Positions 1 through 12,389 of a DNA stretch of 64,000 bases are shown piece after piece. This DNA comes from Spheniscus humboldti (lineage: Eukaryota): NCBI GenBank assembly GCA_027474245.1, contig CM049887.1:20751762-20815761 (forward strand), given 5' to 3'. The notes beneath the pieces were generated by a model. The model searched no databases. It worked only from the letters and a program-made list of their open reading frames with translations, and was not told the DNA's origin. The translations under genes were made by a program, and so were the position numbers. Position 1 is the stretch's first letter. Every line of letters starts with the position of its first letter.

Positions 1-140
1 TAAGTTGAACCTTTAGAGCCAGGTGTAGTCAGGTGGCCTGTCTCAATGTTCCTGATTGTTTTGCAGAATCTGGCATTTAGTTTGTATGTATCTATGATAT
101 ATTTAGACATCCTTTCTTTACTAGTGTTTATCAAGATAGA

Positions 141-158
141 TTTTTTTTTTTTTTTTTT
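141..158. repeat. poly(T) homopolymer tract (T18)
   Basis: Direct reading of a T run in an intronic, AT-rich region. Confidence 0.9.
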
Positions 159-1136
159 AATCTTAGCAGTACATACTTTCAATGGAAAAGCTGTTTTTTC
201 CTAGTTAAGTCTAAGGAACATAATGGTTTTTTGTACTGTATCCTATGTCAGATCATGCAGGGGGAAGAAAGGGTCAGAATTTATTGTTTTATTTTGCAGT
301 TATATATATCTGGTTGCTTCCACTTTTCTTTCTGTTCTGGGCATAATGAAAACTTCATCAAGTAGATGTATAAAAATAAAATTTATTTTAGAGAAATTGT
401 ACCTTCTGTTATGTATTGTATTAAAGTACAAGAGATAATAGGAGCTGTATTCATGACCTATGATCCAGCTAAGCTATGTGCTATACATCCTTATTATAAA
501 GGCATAATTTAAGGCACCAAGGTTTATTTTGTCATGAACCAAATGAGTTAACGGCCTGTAGAACTCAAACTGTAAAATATGTGGCTCTAGAAGAAGACAC
601 ACTGGAGCATGCTATGCTACTGAGATTATGTATCTGTACTTTGCAAAATCTGTTACCTTTTTGAAGGAGTGATAATTCTGGTGGCTGAGTTAAATTATCC
701 TTTGCCTTTCTCTTAAGGGATAACTTGCTCTGGCAAACTGCAGTAACGTTGGGCGTGGCATTCAGGTTAATCTTTGCCAATTAATTGCTATTATTTTAGT
801 TTTTCTTTCTAAATATTTTCTCTCTTTAAAGGGAATTCCATATTTAATGCATTTCTGAATTAATGGCAATCAAGTTAGCAAGTCAGTATGTTAGGACCAT
901 TTCAAAGATATATTATTTATATTTTAAAAGTGTTAATTAACTAGTTCTGTTATCTTTTAGCTAAAGCTTTTTTAAAAACCTAGTAAGTATTGAAAGGAAA
1001 TGTTGATTAATATTTTTTCCATCAAGGACACACTGTTTACATTATTAGATAACTCCTTTAAACCAGAAATCATACCAAAGCTAGTTTGCATTTTGTTACT
1101 AAATGTGATGCTTGACTGAGGTCTGTCTTGGTCTAG

Positions 1137-1247
1137 GAGCTACTTGAAGGAGACATTCCTGTTCCGCCTTCATACGTGTTGCCACCGCTACCTATTCCAG
1201 GAGATACCTTTCCTGTCAGAGTTACCCATTTGGTGTCCCCTAAGGAG
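1137..1247 (+). CDS. RNF17: RNF17-like Tudor-domain protein, coding exon (ELLEGDIPVPPSYVLPPLPIPGDTFPVRVTHLVSPKE)
   Basis: AG acceptor at 1135-1136 and GTACGT donor at 1248. The peptide ends in the Tudor-flank motif VTHLVSPKE, which joins VYICL in the next exon (the sP.eFyvqL pattern). Gene identity rests on Tudor content plus tail-to-tail synteny with CENPJ, as in human. Confidence 0.55.
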
Positions 1248-1987
1248 GTACGTTTTGTAAACTTCTCATATATGTTGCAGACAGGAAATGTTGCAATCCC
1301 ATCATACTGGTGAAAAGGAAATTATGGCTAATGATTTTAGATAATATAAAAAAGTATTAGTAAGGTTGCAAAATGCTACTGAGTTATTGATACAGATGGT
1401 TGTGCAGTGCAACTATCTGAATGAACTCTTACTTGAAATACCCTCTTGGGTGGGGCAGAGAAATAAATACTGACCATTTCCCTAAAAAAAGAATTTTAAG
1501 AATTACAATACTGCAGTCTGGTACTTGCCTTGTATAATAAGAAAATAGGTCATTGGATTTTAACTTGGCAGAACTATAATGATATATCTCTTCTTTATTC
1601 TCCAAAAATTAAATTACTGGAACATCGTACAGTAATGTGAACACTTTCTGGCTGTTACAGTTTTATATTACTGCCTTTGGTTGATGATTGATCATTGATT
1701 TTTGTGTAAACCCACACAACTTCCCTCTAGTAGTCTCCCAGGCAAAAGGTGGAATGTAATGTTCATTGATCAAATAAAAGATTCTTATGTGGACTTTGAA
1801 TGTTGAATGATGAAATAGGAGACCAGAAAACAGTGAGAAGCTGATTGTGTTACAAAATCTAACATCTTCTATGTGGATTGATTTATACTGAAGTGCTTGT
1901 GTTCGTTGTTTTGGTAAATCTGTAAACCAAATAACAGGTTTTATAGTACTGAAGTGATTGCTTTAAATTCAGCATCATGATCTAATA

Positions 1988-2787
1988 TGAATTCACCCCA
2001 CTGCGTCGATGGTAACTTCCTTCTCCAAGTGGTAGAGGAGCCAACGAGGAGAGGTGCTATGCTGGACCTTGTTCTCACCAACAAGGAAGGGCTGGTGGGG
2101 AATGTGAAGCTCAAGGGCAGCCTGGGCTGCAGTGACCATGAAATGGTGGAGTTCAAGATGCTGAGGGCACCGAGGAGGGCGCACAGCAAGCTCACTACCC
2201 TGGCCTTCAGGAGAGCAGACTTTGGCCTCCTCAGGGATCTGCTTGGTAGAGTGCCATGGGACAAAGCCCTGGAGGGAAGAGGGGCCCAAGAAAGCTGGGT
2301 AATATTCAAGGATCACCTCCTCCAAGCTCAGGAGCGATGCATCCCAACAAAGAGGAAGTCAGGCAAAAATGCCAGGAGGCCTGCATGGATGAACAAGGAG
2401 CTCCTGGACAAACTCCAACACAAAAGGGAAGCCTACAGAGGGTGGAAGCAAGGACAGGTAGCCTGGGAGGAATACAGAGAAATTGTCCGAGCAGCCAGGG
2501 ATCAGGTTAGGAAAGCTAAAGCCCTGCTAGAATTACATCTGGCCAGGGACATCAAGGGCAACAAGAAAAGATTCTATAGGTACTCTGGGGATAAAAGGAA
2601 GACAAGGGAAAATGCAGGCACTCTCCGGAACAAAATGGGAGACCTGGTTACCTGGGATATGGAGAAGGCGGAGGTACTCAATGACTTTTTTGCCTCGGTC
2701 TTCACCGGCCAGTGCTTGAGCCTCACTGCCCAAGCTGCAGAAGGCAAAGGTGGGGACTGGGAGGATGAAGAGCCACGCACTGTGGGA
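1988..2787 (+). mobile_element. CR1 LINE, 5'-truncated older copy, part a. ORF2 endonuclease C-terminus/pre-RT region, interrupted by a nested CR1.
   Basis: ORF 1987-2796 reads ...[44 protein letters not shown]... This is colinear with the full CR1 ORF2 at 59374-61869 ([29 protein letters not shown]...). Confidence 0.85.
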
Positions 2788-3690
2788 GAATCATAGAATC
2801 ATTAAGGTTGGAAGAGACCTCCAAGATCATCGAGTCCAACCGTCAACCCAACACCACCATGTCCACTAAACATGTCCCTAAGCGCCTCATCCACATGTCT
2901 TCTGAATACCTCCAGGGATGGTGACTCAACCACCTCCCTGGGCAGCCTGTTCCAATGTTTAAGCACTCTTTCAGTAAAGAAATTTTTCCTCATGTCCAAT
3001 CTAAACCTCCCCTGGCACAACTTGAGGCCATTTCCTCTCGTCCTATCGCTTGTTACTTGGGAGAAGAGACCAACACCCACCTCGCTACAACCTCCTTTCA
3101 GGTAGTTGTAGAGAGCGATGAGGTCTCCCCTCAGCCTCCTTTTCTCCAGGCTAAACAACCCAAGTTCCCTCAGCCGCTCCTCATAAGACTTGTTCTCCAG
3201 ACCCCTCACCAGCCTCGTTGCCCTTCTCTGGACACGCTCCAGCACCTCGACATCCTTCTTGTAGTGAGGGGCCCAAAACTGAACACAGTATTCGAGGTGT
3301 GGCCTCACCAGTGCCGAGTACAGGGACACGATCACTTCCCTACTCCTGCTGGCCACACTGTTTCTGATACAGGCCAAGATGCCATTGGCTTTCTTGGCCG
3401 CCTGGGCACACTGCCGGCTCATGTTCAGCCGGCTGTCAACCAGCACCCCCAGGTCCTTTTCCGCTGGGCAGCCTTCCAGCCACTCTTCCCCAAGCCTGTA
3501 GCGCTGCATGGGGTTGTTGTGGCCGAAGTGCAGGACCGGGCACTTGGCCTTGTTGAACCTCATACAGTTGGCCTCGGCCCATCGATCCAGCCTGTCCAGG
3601 TCCCTCTGCAGAGCCTTCGTGCCATCATCACAATTGTTGAGCTCTACACAATTGAAACACTCCCTAACATACAGAAGATCAGGTTTGAGA
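2788..3690 (-). mobile_element. CR1 LINE, younger copy nested inside the older CR1. Internally deleted or chimeric: an endonuclease fragment is fused to the ORF2 C-terminus.
   Basis: The minus-strand ORF 2802-3563 reads ...[29 protein letters not shown]...[29 protein letters not shown]. The complement of the (ATTCTATG)n tail lies at about 2788-2802. The 5' end at 3618-3690 reads [24 protein letters not shown], joined directly to [13 protein letters not shown]. That removes about 1.8 kb relative to the copy at 59305. Confidence 0.8.
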
Positions 3691-5266
3691 CCATCTAAGG
3701 CACCTGAAGGTGCACAAGTCCGTGGGACCCGATGAGATCCATCCGTGGGTCCTGAAGGAACTGACGGATGAAGTTGCTAAGCCACTATCCATCGTATTTG
3801 AGAAGTTGTGGCAGTCCACTGAAGTTCCCACTGACTGGAAAAGGGGAAACATAACCCCCATTTTTAAAAAGGGAAAAAAGGAAGACCCGGGGAACTACAG
3901 GCCAGTCAGTCTCACCTCTGTGCCTGGGAAGATCATGGAACAGATCCTTCTGGAAGCTATGCTAAGGCACATGGAGGACAGGGAGGTGATTTGAGACAGC
4001 CAGCATGGCTTCACCAAGGGCAAGTCCTGCCTGACCAACCTTGTGGCCTTCTATGATGGAGTGACTACATCAGTGGACACAGGAAGGGCTACAGATGCCG
4101 TCTGTCTGAACCTCCGTAAGGCCTTTGACATGGTCCCCCCCAACATCCTTCTCTCTAAACTGGAGAGGTATGGATTTGATGGGTGGACTGTCCGGTGGGT
4201 GAGGAATTGGTTAGATGGTCGCATCCAGAGGGTAGTGGTCAACAGCTCAATGTCCAGATGGAGACTGGTGACGAGTGGCATCCCGCAGGGGTCTGTATTG
4301 GGACCGGTACTGTTTAATATCTTCATCAATGACATAGACAGTGGGATCGAGTGCACCCTCAGCAAGTTTGCAGATGACACCAAGCTGAGTGGTGCGGCCG
4401 ACACGCCAGAGGGACGGGATGCCAGCCAGAGGGCCCTGGACAAGCTCGAGAAGTGGACCCGTGTGAACCTCATGAGGCTTAACAAGGCCAAGGGCAAAGT
4501 CCTGCACCTGGGTCAGGGCAACCCCTGGTATCAATACAGGCTGGGGGGATGAAGGGATTGAGACCAACCCTGCCGAGAAGGACTTGGGGGTACTGGGGGA
4601 TGAAAAGCTGGACATGAGCCAGCAATGTGTGCTCACAGCCCAGAAGGCCAATCGTATCCTGGGCTGCATCAAAAGCAGCGTGGCCAGCAGGTCGAGGGAG
4701 GTGATTCTGCCCCTCTACTCTGCTCTGGTGAGACCCCACCTGGAGTACTGTGTCCAGCTCTGGAGCCCTCAGCATAAGAAAGACACGGACCTGTTGGACT
4801 AGGTTCAGAAGAGGGCCACGAAAATGATCAGGGGTCTGGAACACCTCTCCTATGAAGAAAGGCTGAGAGAGTTGGGGTTGTTCAGCCTGGAGAAGAGAAG
4901 CCTTTGGGGAGACCTTATTGCAGCCTCTCAGTACTTAAAGGGGGCTTATCAAAAAGATGGCAGCAGACTTTTTAGCAGGGCCTGTTGCGACAGCACAAGG
5001 GGGAATGGCTTTAAACTAAAGGGGGGTAGATTTAGACTAGATAGAAGGAAGAAATTTTTTACACTGAGGGTGGTGAAACACTGGCACAGGTTGCCCAGAG
5101 AGGTGGTGGATGCCCCATCCCTGGAAACATTCAAGGTCAGGTTGGACGGGGCTCTGAGCAACCTGATTTAGTTGAAAATGTCCCTGCTCATTGCAGGGGG
5201 AGTTGGACTAGGTGAACTTTGAAGGTCCTTTACAACCCAAACTATTCTATGATTCTATGATTCTGT
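3691..5266 (+). mobile_element. CR1 LINE, older copy, part b (RT domain to 3' UTR with (ATTCTRTG)n tail)
   Basis: ORFs 3710-3994, 4043-4552, 4584-4802 and 4824-5171 read [17 protein letters not shown]..., ...[15 protein letters not shown]..., ...[30 protein letters not shown]. The octamer tail attctatgattctatgattctgt sits at 5244-5266. The ORF is broken by stops and frameshifts. Confidence 0.85.
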
Positions 5267-6265
5267 AATTCACTTGAGTATACACATCTTCTGGAAAAAA
5301 AAGGTGTATAGAGTACATACACAACTGTTTTGGCTAAATACAAGATAGAAGTGTTTGCGTGTCTTAGAAAAGGGCTTTTCTTAAATTGTATATTCTGCTT
5401 CCTCTCTTACAGGGGAAACATTATAACGAATATTTTTTGGTTCATTTTGTGCAAATGATTGAACTCTTGCTTTTGAACATGGTATATAATTGTAAACATT
5501 AGATCCTGCTCTGGGCTCCTGTAGATTTAAGTAGCAGTTGCATGATGGAGTTGCGGCTTGATTATATTGTGTACAAATTAGAAAATTAAAATCAGTTTTA
5601 TTCCTGGCTAGTATATTATAATGCTGAGTTTAGAAAAAATAATAACCTACTCATTAATTTGTTTGGACTATCAGTAAAATACCGTAATGTTCTGAAATGG
5701 CTGTTTAAAAAAAAAACCACAACATTTCAGTTAAAAGCTGTTATGTAGATTTTAATTTGCTTGTGCATGTTGTTTAAACTTTCATTTCCTTGACCTACAG
5801 CATTATTCTCATGATCCAGTTAGAAATTAGGTGAATGGAATGTCTTTGCATAGCAAACAAAACACCACTTCAAAAGTTCTTCTTTCATTAAGTTTAAAAT
5901 CAGTCTTTGGTTTGATATTATGAAATGAGATTATTTACCAAGTAGCAGGAGGGAGGAATCCTAATAAGACACAGCTGTGAAATCTTATATGGGTATATTC
6001 TCTAGTATGTGCCTTCCTTTCATTCTTACTTTTTAACATTGAAATGTGGCGTTAATATATCATGTCTCTCCTGCTTTTGGAAAAAAAAAATGTGTAAATG
6101 TGAAATTACTCATAAATTGAGGAAAGAAGAAAGGGGAGCAAGGATGTGCTGAACCTTTCAAAGATGGGAACAAGTAATCTTTCAATAATCCTTGATCACT
6201 GATGGAATTGCAAGGTTCCAAGTCATCCGCAAAAATTGTAATATGAGAGCCTTTTCTCTGAGTAG

Positions 6266-6422
6266 GTATATATTTGCCTTGATCCTTCTACAAACCGTGT
6301 GAAGCAGTCTGCCACAGAGGGAGATGCCAACTGTGACTCAGAGTTGGAGAGCCTTGATGAAGCCCTGAAATGGTGCAACAGAAGTGTGGAGTCTTTTCCT
6401 TTTCTAACACACTTCCGAACAG
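6266..6422 (+). CDS. RNF17: RNF17-like coding exon, Tudor domain N-terminal part (VYICLDPSTNRVKQSATEGDANCDSELESLDEALKWCNRSVESFPFLTHFRT)
   Basis: The AG acceptor at 6264-6265 is in phase with the previous exon. Donor CAG|GTATAT falls at 6422/6423. The peptide fits the Tudor-domain leader pattern and is phase-consistent with the next exon (G+AA = E). Confidence 0.5.
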
Positions 6423-6607
6423 GTATATTAGTGTGTTTATTTTCCCTGTTGTTTCATGCGGATGTACAAAAAGCCTGAAATAATTTATTTCTGAAGAATA
6501 GGAATAATTATATTTCTATGTATTTTTAAATAAAACTTCTGGAGAGTAAGGAATAACACTACACTATAACCATACGATACACTATAATCAGGAGTGTAAA
6601 AAAAGGG

Positions 6608-6961
6608 GGCTGAGGGGAGAGCTTATCGCTCTCTACAACTACCTGAAAGGAGGTTGTAGCGGAGTAGGTGTTGGTCTCTTCTCCCAAGTAACAAGCGATA
6701 GGATGAGAGGAAATGGCCTCAAGTTGCGCCAGGGGAGGTTTAGATTGGACATGAGGAAAAATTTCCTTACTGAAAGAGTGGTTAAACATTGGAACAGGCT
6801 GCCCAGGGAAGTGGTTGAGTCCCCATCCCTGGACGTATTTAAAAGACGTGTAGATGAGGCGCTCAGGGACATGGTTTAGTGGGCATGGTGGTGTTGGGTT
6901 GACGGTTGGACTCGATGATCTTGGAGGTCTTTTCCAACCTTAATGATTCTATGATTCTATG
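6608..6961 (+). mobile_element. CR1 LINE 3' fragment (ORF2 C-terminus, 3' UTR and (ATTCTATG)2 tail)
   Basis: Translation [16 protein letters not shown]...[30 protein letters not shown] matches the end of CR1 ORF2. The sequence ends ttaatgattctatgattctatg at 6961. Confidence 0.85.
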
Positions 6962-7699
6962 CCTGTTAAAGTTGATGAACTGAGTTTAGATTGCATATGG
7001 CAAAACCAAAACTTTTCCCTTAAGGTGACTCTTACTGAAGCTGTAACAGAAAATGTTGCTATTAAATATTCAAAAGACACAAGTTATGTACAGAAAATCA
7101 TGTTACCAAGAGTTAGAAATTATGTGAACCCTAAAGAGCATCACTTCACTTTAATGCTGGATTTCTCTGTTTAGGCAAAAGATGGGCTTTAATTATCTTG
7201 TCCACAGCTGTTGGGCCTAAAATAACATAAAGTATGCGGGTCTAGAACTTTGTGAAGAAACCAGTTACTGCTAGTACTTGGTTTTGCCAACTAGTAAAAT
7301 TCTGGTTGAGATTTCAGGCAGCATCTGCCTTGTGTCCTCCAGACTATTGTCTATTCTCTTACAGATCGATCTCTTTACTAACGGAAATGTGCAAATGAGT
7401 CGAAGTTGAAAAGTTTAAACAGTTTGGATCACTATCTTTACCAAGCAATTTTCTGTTAATTCTCATGATTAGCATGTGAGGTAGAGAAACTTGACTTTAA
7501 TTGCATACTGATGATTGTAAACTGGAGTTCAGAGAGAACTGGAGGATGCATAGAACAAAATAGGAGCATGAATTAGAGAAGGAAGAAAAAAATCTTAATC
7601 TTGGTCACGAAGTAAAATGGATTTTCAAATTCAGTTAGTTTGTGCTGCACTGTGAGTATATTTTGGGGTGTTTTGTTGTGTTTGTTTTTCTTTTCACAG

Positions 7700-7835
7700 A
7701 AATGCCTTGCCTTGTAGAATACCAGGATGGTTTATGGTATAGAGCAAAGCTCCTCTCCGTTGAAGAATTTGACCCTGTTAAGATCCTGGTTCAGTTTGTT
7801 GACTATGGTAGTTTTTCAGTTGTCCCAACAAGCAG
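7700..7835 (+). CDS. RNF17: RNF17-like coding exon, Tudor domain core ([45 protein letters not shown])
   Basis: Acceptor ttcacag at 7698-7699 and donor AG|GTAAAC at 7835/7836. It carries the canonical Tudor core motif (xDGxWYRAxI...V.F.DYGn.e.V). Confidence 0.7.
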
Positions 7836-9169
7836 GTAAACACATAAGAAAAAAATGCATGTAAAATGACTATGTGTGTATGTATGTATACACTTACATT
7901 ATAAAACAGGTACTTACAAATAAGTGTATGTATTTTTACATTTATTATTATTTATTTTTATATAACTATAGATACATTATTTATAATATCTTAGCATTAG
8001 ATTTCAGTTGGAGAGAAAGTTGGTTGGGTGGTTAAATAATTTCTGTCTGCAGGGTATGGGGTTGTGCACCTGCTTCTCTTTCTCGGGTTGTTCTGAGAAG
8101 CCCATTATTATAATATCAGATTTCTCCATCATCTTCAGGTTGCTCAACCTGTGAAGTAGGCTCAGGCTTATAATTTGCTTTTGCACCCAAGAAGCTTACA
8201 CAAAATAAGGACTGAGCCCTCCAGGTGTACAAACAAACCCTCTGATCCTGTTCAACTGCAGTCTGCATAGAAGACAGCTGGGGAGTAAGATAAGGGAGTA
8301 TCTGAGTGGTTTTTACACTACTTGTGTGGAAATTGGAAGTTCAAATCCCTGTTCTGCCTGGTGCTGAGCCGCTCTAGGAACTGCTCCTGTGCTGACACAC
8401 AGATGTCGGATAAGTGTCTCAAACACCCCAGGCTTTTAGGGTCCCCTAAGCTTGCCTGAATTTTCTCTCTTGAAGCACTTTCATTTTATATATATACTGC
8501 TTAATCACATTGACTTGCTCTTGAGCTCATTGAGGGATCTACAGGTCCTTGGTGAAGATGGGGCAAAATGGGGATTTGAAGAGATTTCCTGCTTCACGGA
8601 CTGTTATGGGAGAGATTGCGTGTTTTATTTCAGGGTTGCGCTTCCTGCTCTGCTTCCCCACTCCCTTGCTTCTGGGATAGAAAGATAGAAGAATGGGGAG
8701 ATGATAATATAAAACTAAGGTACCTATTTCCAGTAGTTTATCTAGATCACATCCAGGTGGGAAGCACTTGTACCACGAAGGTCTACGTCATTCTCCAGGC
8801 GCACCAGATTTGGAGCCCGCATTGTGATGACTTAACACTTGCATTCCTGTGCTCAAATCTGTATTAGGCACTTGAGACTCCTCCCCAAGCAGTGTAATGG
8901 GGAGCCAGTGTGCCTGGCGGGCTGAGGGTTCTGTACGATACTGGCCTGCTTTTTGATAGTTACTGTGCTGAAGTATGTTAGGGGGCCTCGCCCTACCCGA
9001 CGAATTGTTCCATGTGACACCGGCATGTTACTGTAGAGCAGGGACTCTGATCCCAGTTTCCACACTGTACATCTACTGCATGAACCTTTAAGCTATCCTT
9101 ATGTGCATACTGACAGTTTAGCTTGACAGGTGGATTGTTGCAGGCAAACATTTTTCATTTTTGTTTTAG

Positions 9170-9359
9170 ATTGCGTCACATACCTTATCATCTGCTGAAG
9201 TACCCTGTTCAGGCAGTACGAGCTCTGTTGGCTGGATTTAAACCTGCTTTATACGACAAAAACGTGAAAAGAATACCGTATTGCCCAGAATGGAGTGTGG
9301 AAGCGTTGTGGGCTATGATGGAGTGCGTTGAAGGAAAACAGCTCTCTGCTTCCATACTT
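9170..9359 (+). CDS. RNF17: RNF17-like coding exon, Tudor domain C-terminal/extended region ([63 protein letters not shown])
   Basis: Acceptor ttttag at 9168-9169 and donor CTT|GTGAGA at 9359/9360. The motif L..iP....P.QA..C.LAG.KP...W is typical just downstream of a Tudor core. Phases chain with the neighbouring exons. Confidence 0.7.
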
Positions 9360-9726
9360 GTGAGAAACACTTTTTTTTTCCCCCTCTTAGTTCTTGCTCA
9401 GCCTAAAATGCTTATTAGCACTCTAATTTCTGAGTATTTGTTTTACTGTGAATCCTCATAATTTAAAATTGTGAACCATTTACCGTGAAGGAATGCTGAT
9501 GAAGAGAGAAAATCATGTGGCGCTCTTATTAATCCTGCAAACAAAAGGTTTCTGAGCATTCCTGTCATTTTAAAACAAGTTTCCTTTACTTAAAAACAGA
9601 AATATTCTTTTTATACTCACAGTTCCATTTAGGCAGTGAGTATAGCCAGTAAAATAACTTTTACTATGGGTTAGCTTGAGATTTCAATCTGTTATTGTCA
9701 GAACTCTGTCAACTTCTGGTTTTCAG

Positions 9727-9995
9727 GCTCTTTCACCAGAGGTCACCATTTCTTTGTATGAAGATGACCAAAACCTAGTTCATATGAAACTGATAGAAAT
9801 GGGACTTGCAGAGTTGGATGAGTGACGTGTAAGTACAGTGAATATGAACTACAAAATCATACCATTACAAAGGTATGACTTCAGAAGTTTTAAGCAGTCT
9901 TAACTGTCAGTAATGTTGACAACTAGAGTTTATTTAAAAAAAAAAATCCCTTCTCTCCACTCTTTTAATAAAATAAAATGCTGTTAAGAAAAATG
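9727..9995 (+). CDS. RNF17: RNF17-like terminal exon: CDS 9727-9825 (ALSPEVTISLYEDDQNLVHMKLIEMGLAELDE, stop TGA 9823-9825) plus about 170 nt of putative 3' UTR
   Basis: Acceptor tttcag at 9725-9726, in frame from the previous exon. TGA sits at 9823-9825. Tandem AATAAA hexamers at 9968-9979 make a 3' end near 9995 plausible. The extent of the 3' UTR is inferred. Confidence 0.5.
9968..9979 (+). promoter_or_regulatory. RNF17: Putative RNF17 polyadenylation signals (AATAAAATAAAA)
   Basis: Two overlapping AATAAA hexamers lie about 145 nt downstream of the stop codon. Confidence 0.35.
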
Positions 9996-12389
9996 AATTT
10001 CTTTACATACACATTACTGAAGCCCACAGTATAGCTTTAAGAACTAACAGGTACTGAAACAAAGAGCCCTAAGGAGATGTAACAGAGCTTTTGCTGCTTG
10101 TAACTGAAGAAGGTAACTTGCAGATGTGTGGCAGTGTACTCTGCCCAAACAATCAAAATTAATTGTTTTTCTTAATTTTCAGCATTTGATCTCAATGATG
10201 TCCTGTGCCGGAGGTTCTCAGACAGATCCATGATAACATGTGGATGTCCATACATCTAGTCAAACATGGAATATTTTAAATGAAAAGCTTTATAGTATGT
10301 GTTGTCTACAGAGAATACTGGAGACTTGAATTTTCAAATTTCTTGGCCAACTCTGTGTTAAGTAGTCCTTTTCCCTCCCATTTAATAAGCATTCTTCTAA
10401 TCTATGTTTATAGATAATGTTCCCAACACTTTCGGATCTTGAACTAGTGAAACTGTATATTCACACCTCAATCTCTTGACCTTAGGACCTTAAGTATTAT
10501 TCTGTGATAATCCTTTTCATAAGAGTAGGTGGAATTAATGAATAGTAGTAAAGAAATAGATAAAAAGCTGATGCTGGGCACACTTGTTCTAGTGTCTTGT
10601 TAGAATACTTGGAGGGAAGATGATAGTTTTATTACTGTGATGTGACTCTTGTTTATGTTTGAGGCATATTTGGTGACAGACTTCTCCAGTACCAGAGTCT
10701 GGGATCAGGAATGAACAGTTGTGGGTGGGGGAGTGTTACTGTCTTCATTCTGGAACATGTTTGCATTGCTGCCGTGTTTTCTGTTTTCAGTCATGATGAG
10801 ATGGATGTGTTTGTTTTGGGTGTCCTTGCACCTCCTTCCTACTCCTGGAGCTGCAGTGTTCATTTGAAAGCGTTGGAATAAATAGGAGCTTGCTCAGCAT
10901 GCATTGAAAAGCTTGTTTTCCTTTACTGCTATAGTATGTAAGGTTTCTTTGGATGTTTCTTCATTGTACTAGTGTAGCATATTCTTTACATTTAAAGTTC
11001 AACCCCTTTCAATTCTCCCCATGGAGAATTTTGTCTAGATTATCAAGGAAAAGACACGATGAAGACTCCACACCCTCTCTGGGCTACCTGTGCCAGTGCC
11101 TAGTCACCCTCACAGCAAAAAAGTGTTTCTTAATGTTCAGAGGGAACCTCCTGTGGTTCTGTTTGTTCCCATGTTTGTGCACATACACACATAACCTTCT
11201 GCATGTCTCTTCCCTCAGGATGACAAGAAAGCAAGTGTACAAAACTGCTCTCAGTAGTGTTGCTCAGGCATGCTACAAGGGTGGCTTGCCCATTTATACT
11301 AGCAGTGGAAGGATTCTTTCACAGTTTTAGTACATATTCTGGTATTAAGCAGACGTGCTATATGCTGTTGCAAATACCCTATAGAGCTGTTGCGTGCTCA
11401 TCTTCAAAATGTGTTTCTGGTTTGCTTGGTTTTTTTAATGAAAATAAGGAAAGTTGTTTATCAACCATCTTGAAAGGGACTAGCTCTGAATTACCTAAGA
11501 GCTGCTGTTTAAGATTGCCAGAAAGGCCAGGACGTGCCTATCCACCCACCCAAGCAACTTACTTAATTGTGAGTGAGCATAGTTCCCACTACTGCAAGTT
11601 GATTTACCCCTTGAGTAAAAAAGGGCGCAGGCACAGTAACTACAGAGCTTGCTTTCACTGAAGAGAAAGGGGGGCAGGGGGGACAAGGGGAAGAAAGTGA
11701 GTAAAATGGGTATCTTCTGCTGTGCAAGAGAACGAAACAAATTTTTCAGCATCCACTACAATGGAGAGTTAGAGCAGACACGCCAGCAGTACCACTTTGC
11801 TTGTAGATACTGCAGAATTTTAGAAGACAAGTCCACTTAAAAATGCCTGTTAGGTGGAAGAATTGGGTGAGATGACCTTTGTGGATTACTGGTGTTTCCT
11901 CCCACATGCCTGAGTAGACTGGAGAATTAACCTGTCCCACAGTCTCATCTGTCCTAGTCTTACAAATATAGAAGAGCAGTTTACAGAACAGAGTTTGGGG
12001 TCTGCTAATGCTATTGCCTCCTAGCTGTGAGATTAAGGAAGAAAAAAATATTATGAAGGAAAAAGAATAGCCTAAGGCTAACCAAAAAGGAATGCTGCCA
12101 TTCATTTACTCTTTGAAGTCAAGCAATAAGTAAACTGATACCCAGACTCTTAAATCTGGCCGCCTGCTGTATTTCACCACAGCAGGGGTTCCAACAGCAC
12201 AACCTTTTACCTTGGATTGAGGAATCTTCTCTTAGACGTCTAAAATAAGGTAATCTACAGCTGTTTGATGAATTTTCACTGATGGCTGATTTAAAAAACA
12301 CCCTTTAAACCACACATGACAGAATACTGAATCAATAAACTGCTTCTTAAAAGTAGAAATAGGAAAAAATTAGAAAAAGCTCTCATGTA

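Noticed and set aside
1941-2325. Minus-strand ORFs of 110-122 aa
   Set aside because: Antisense frames of the CR1 ORF2 fragment. Similar antisense ORFs accompany every CR1 copy (e.g. 2955-3698, 4051-4672, 36244-36916, 60867-61470).
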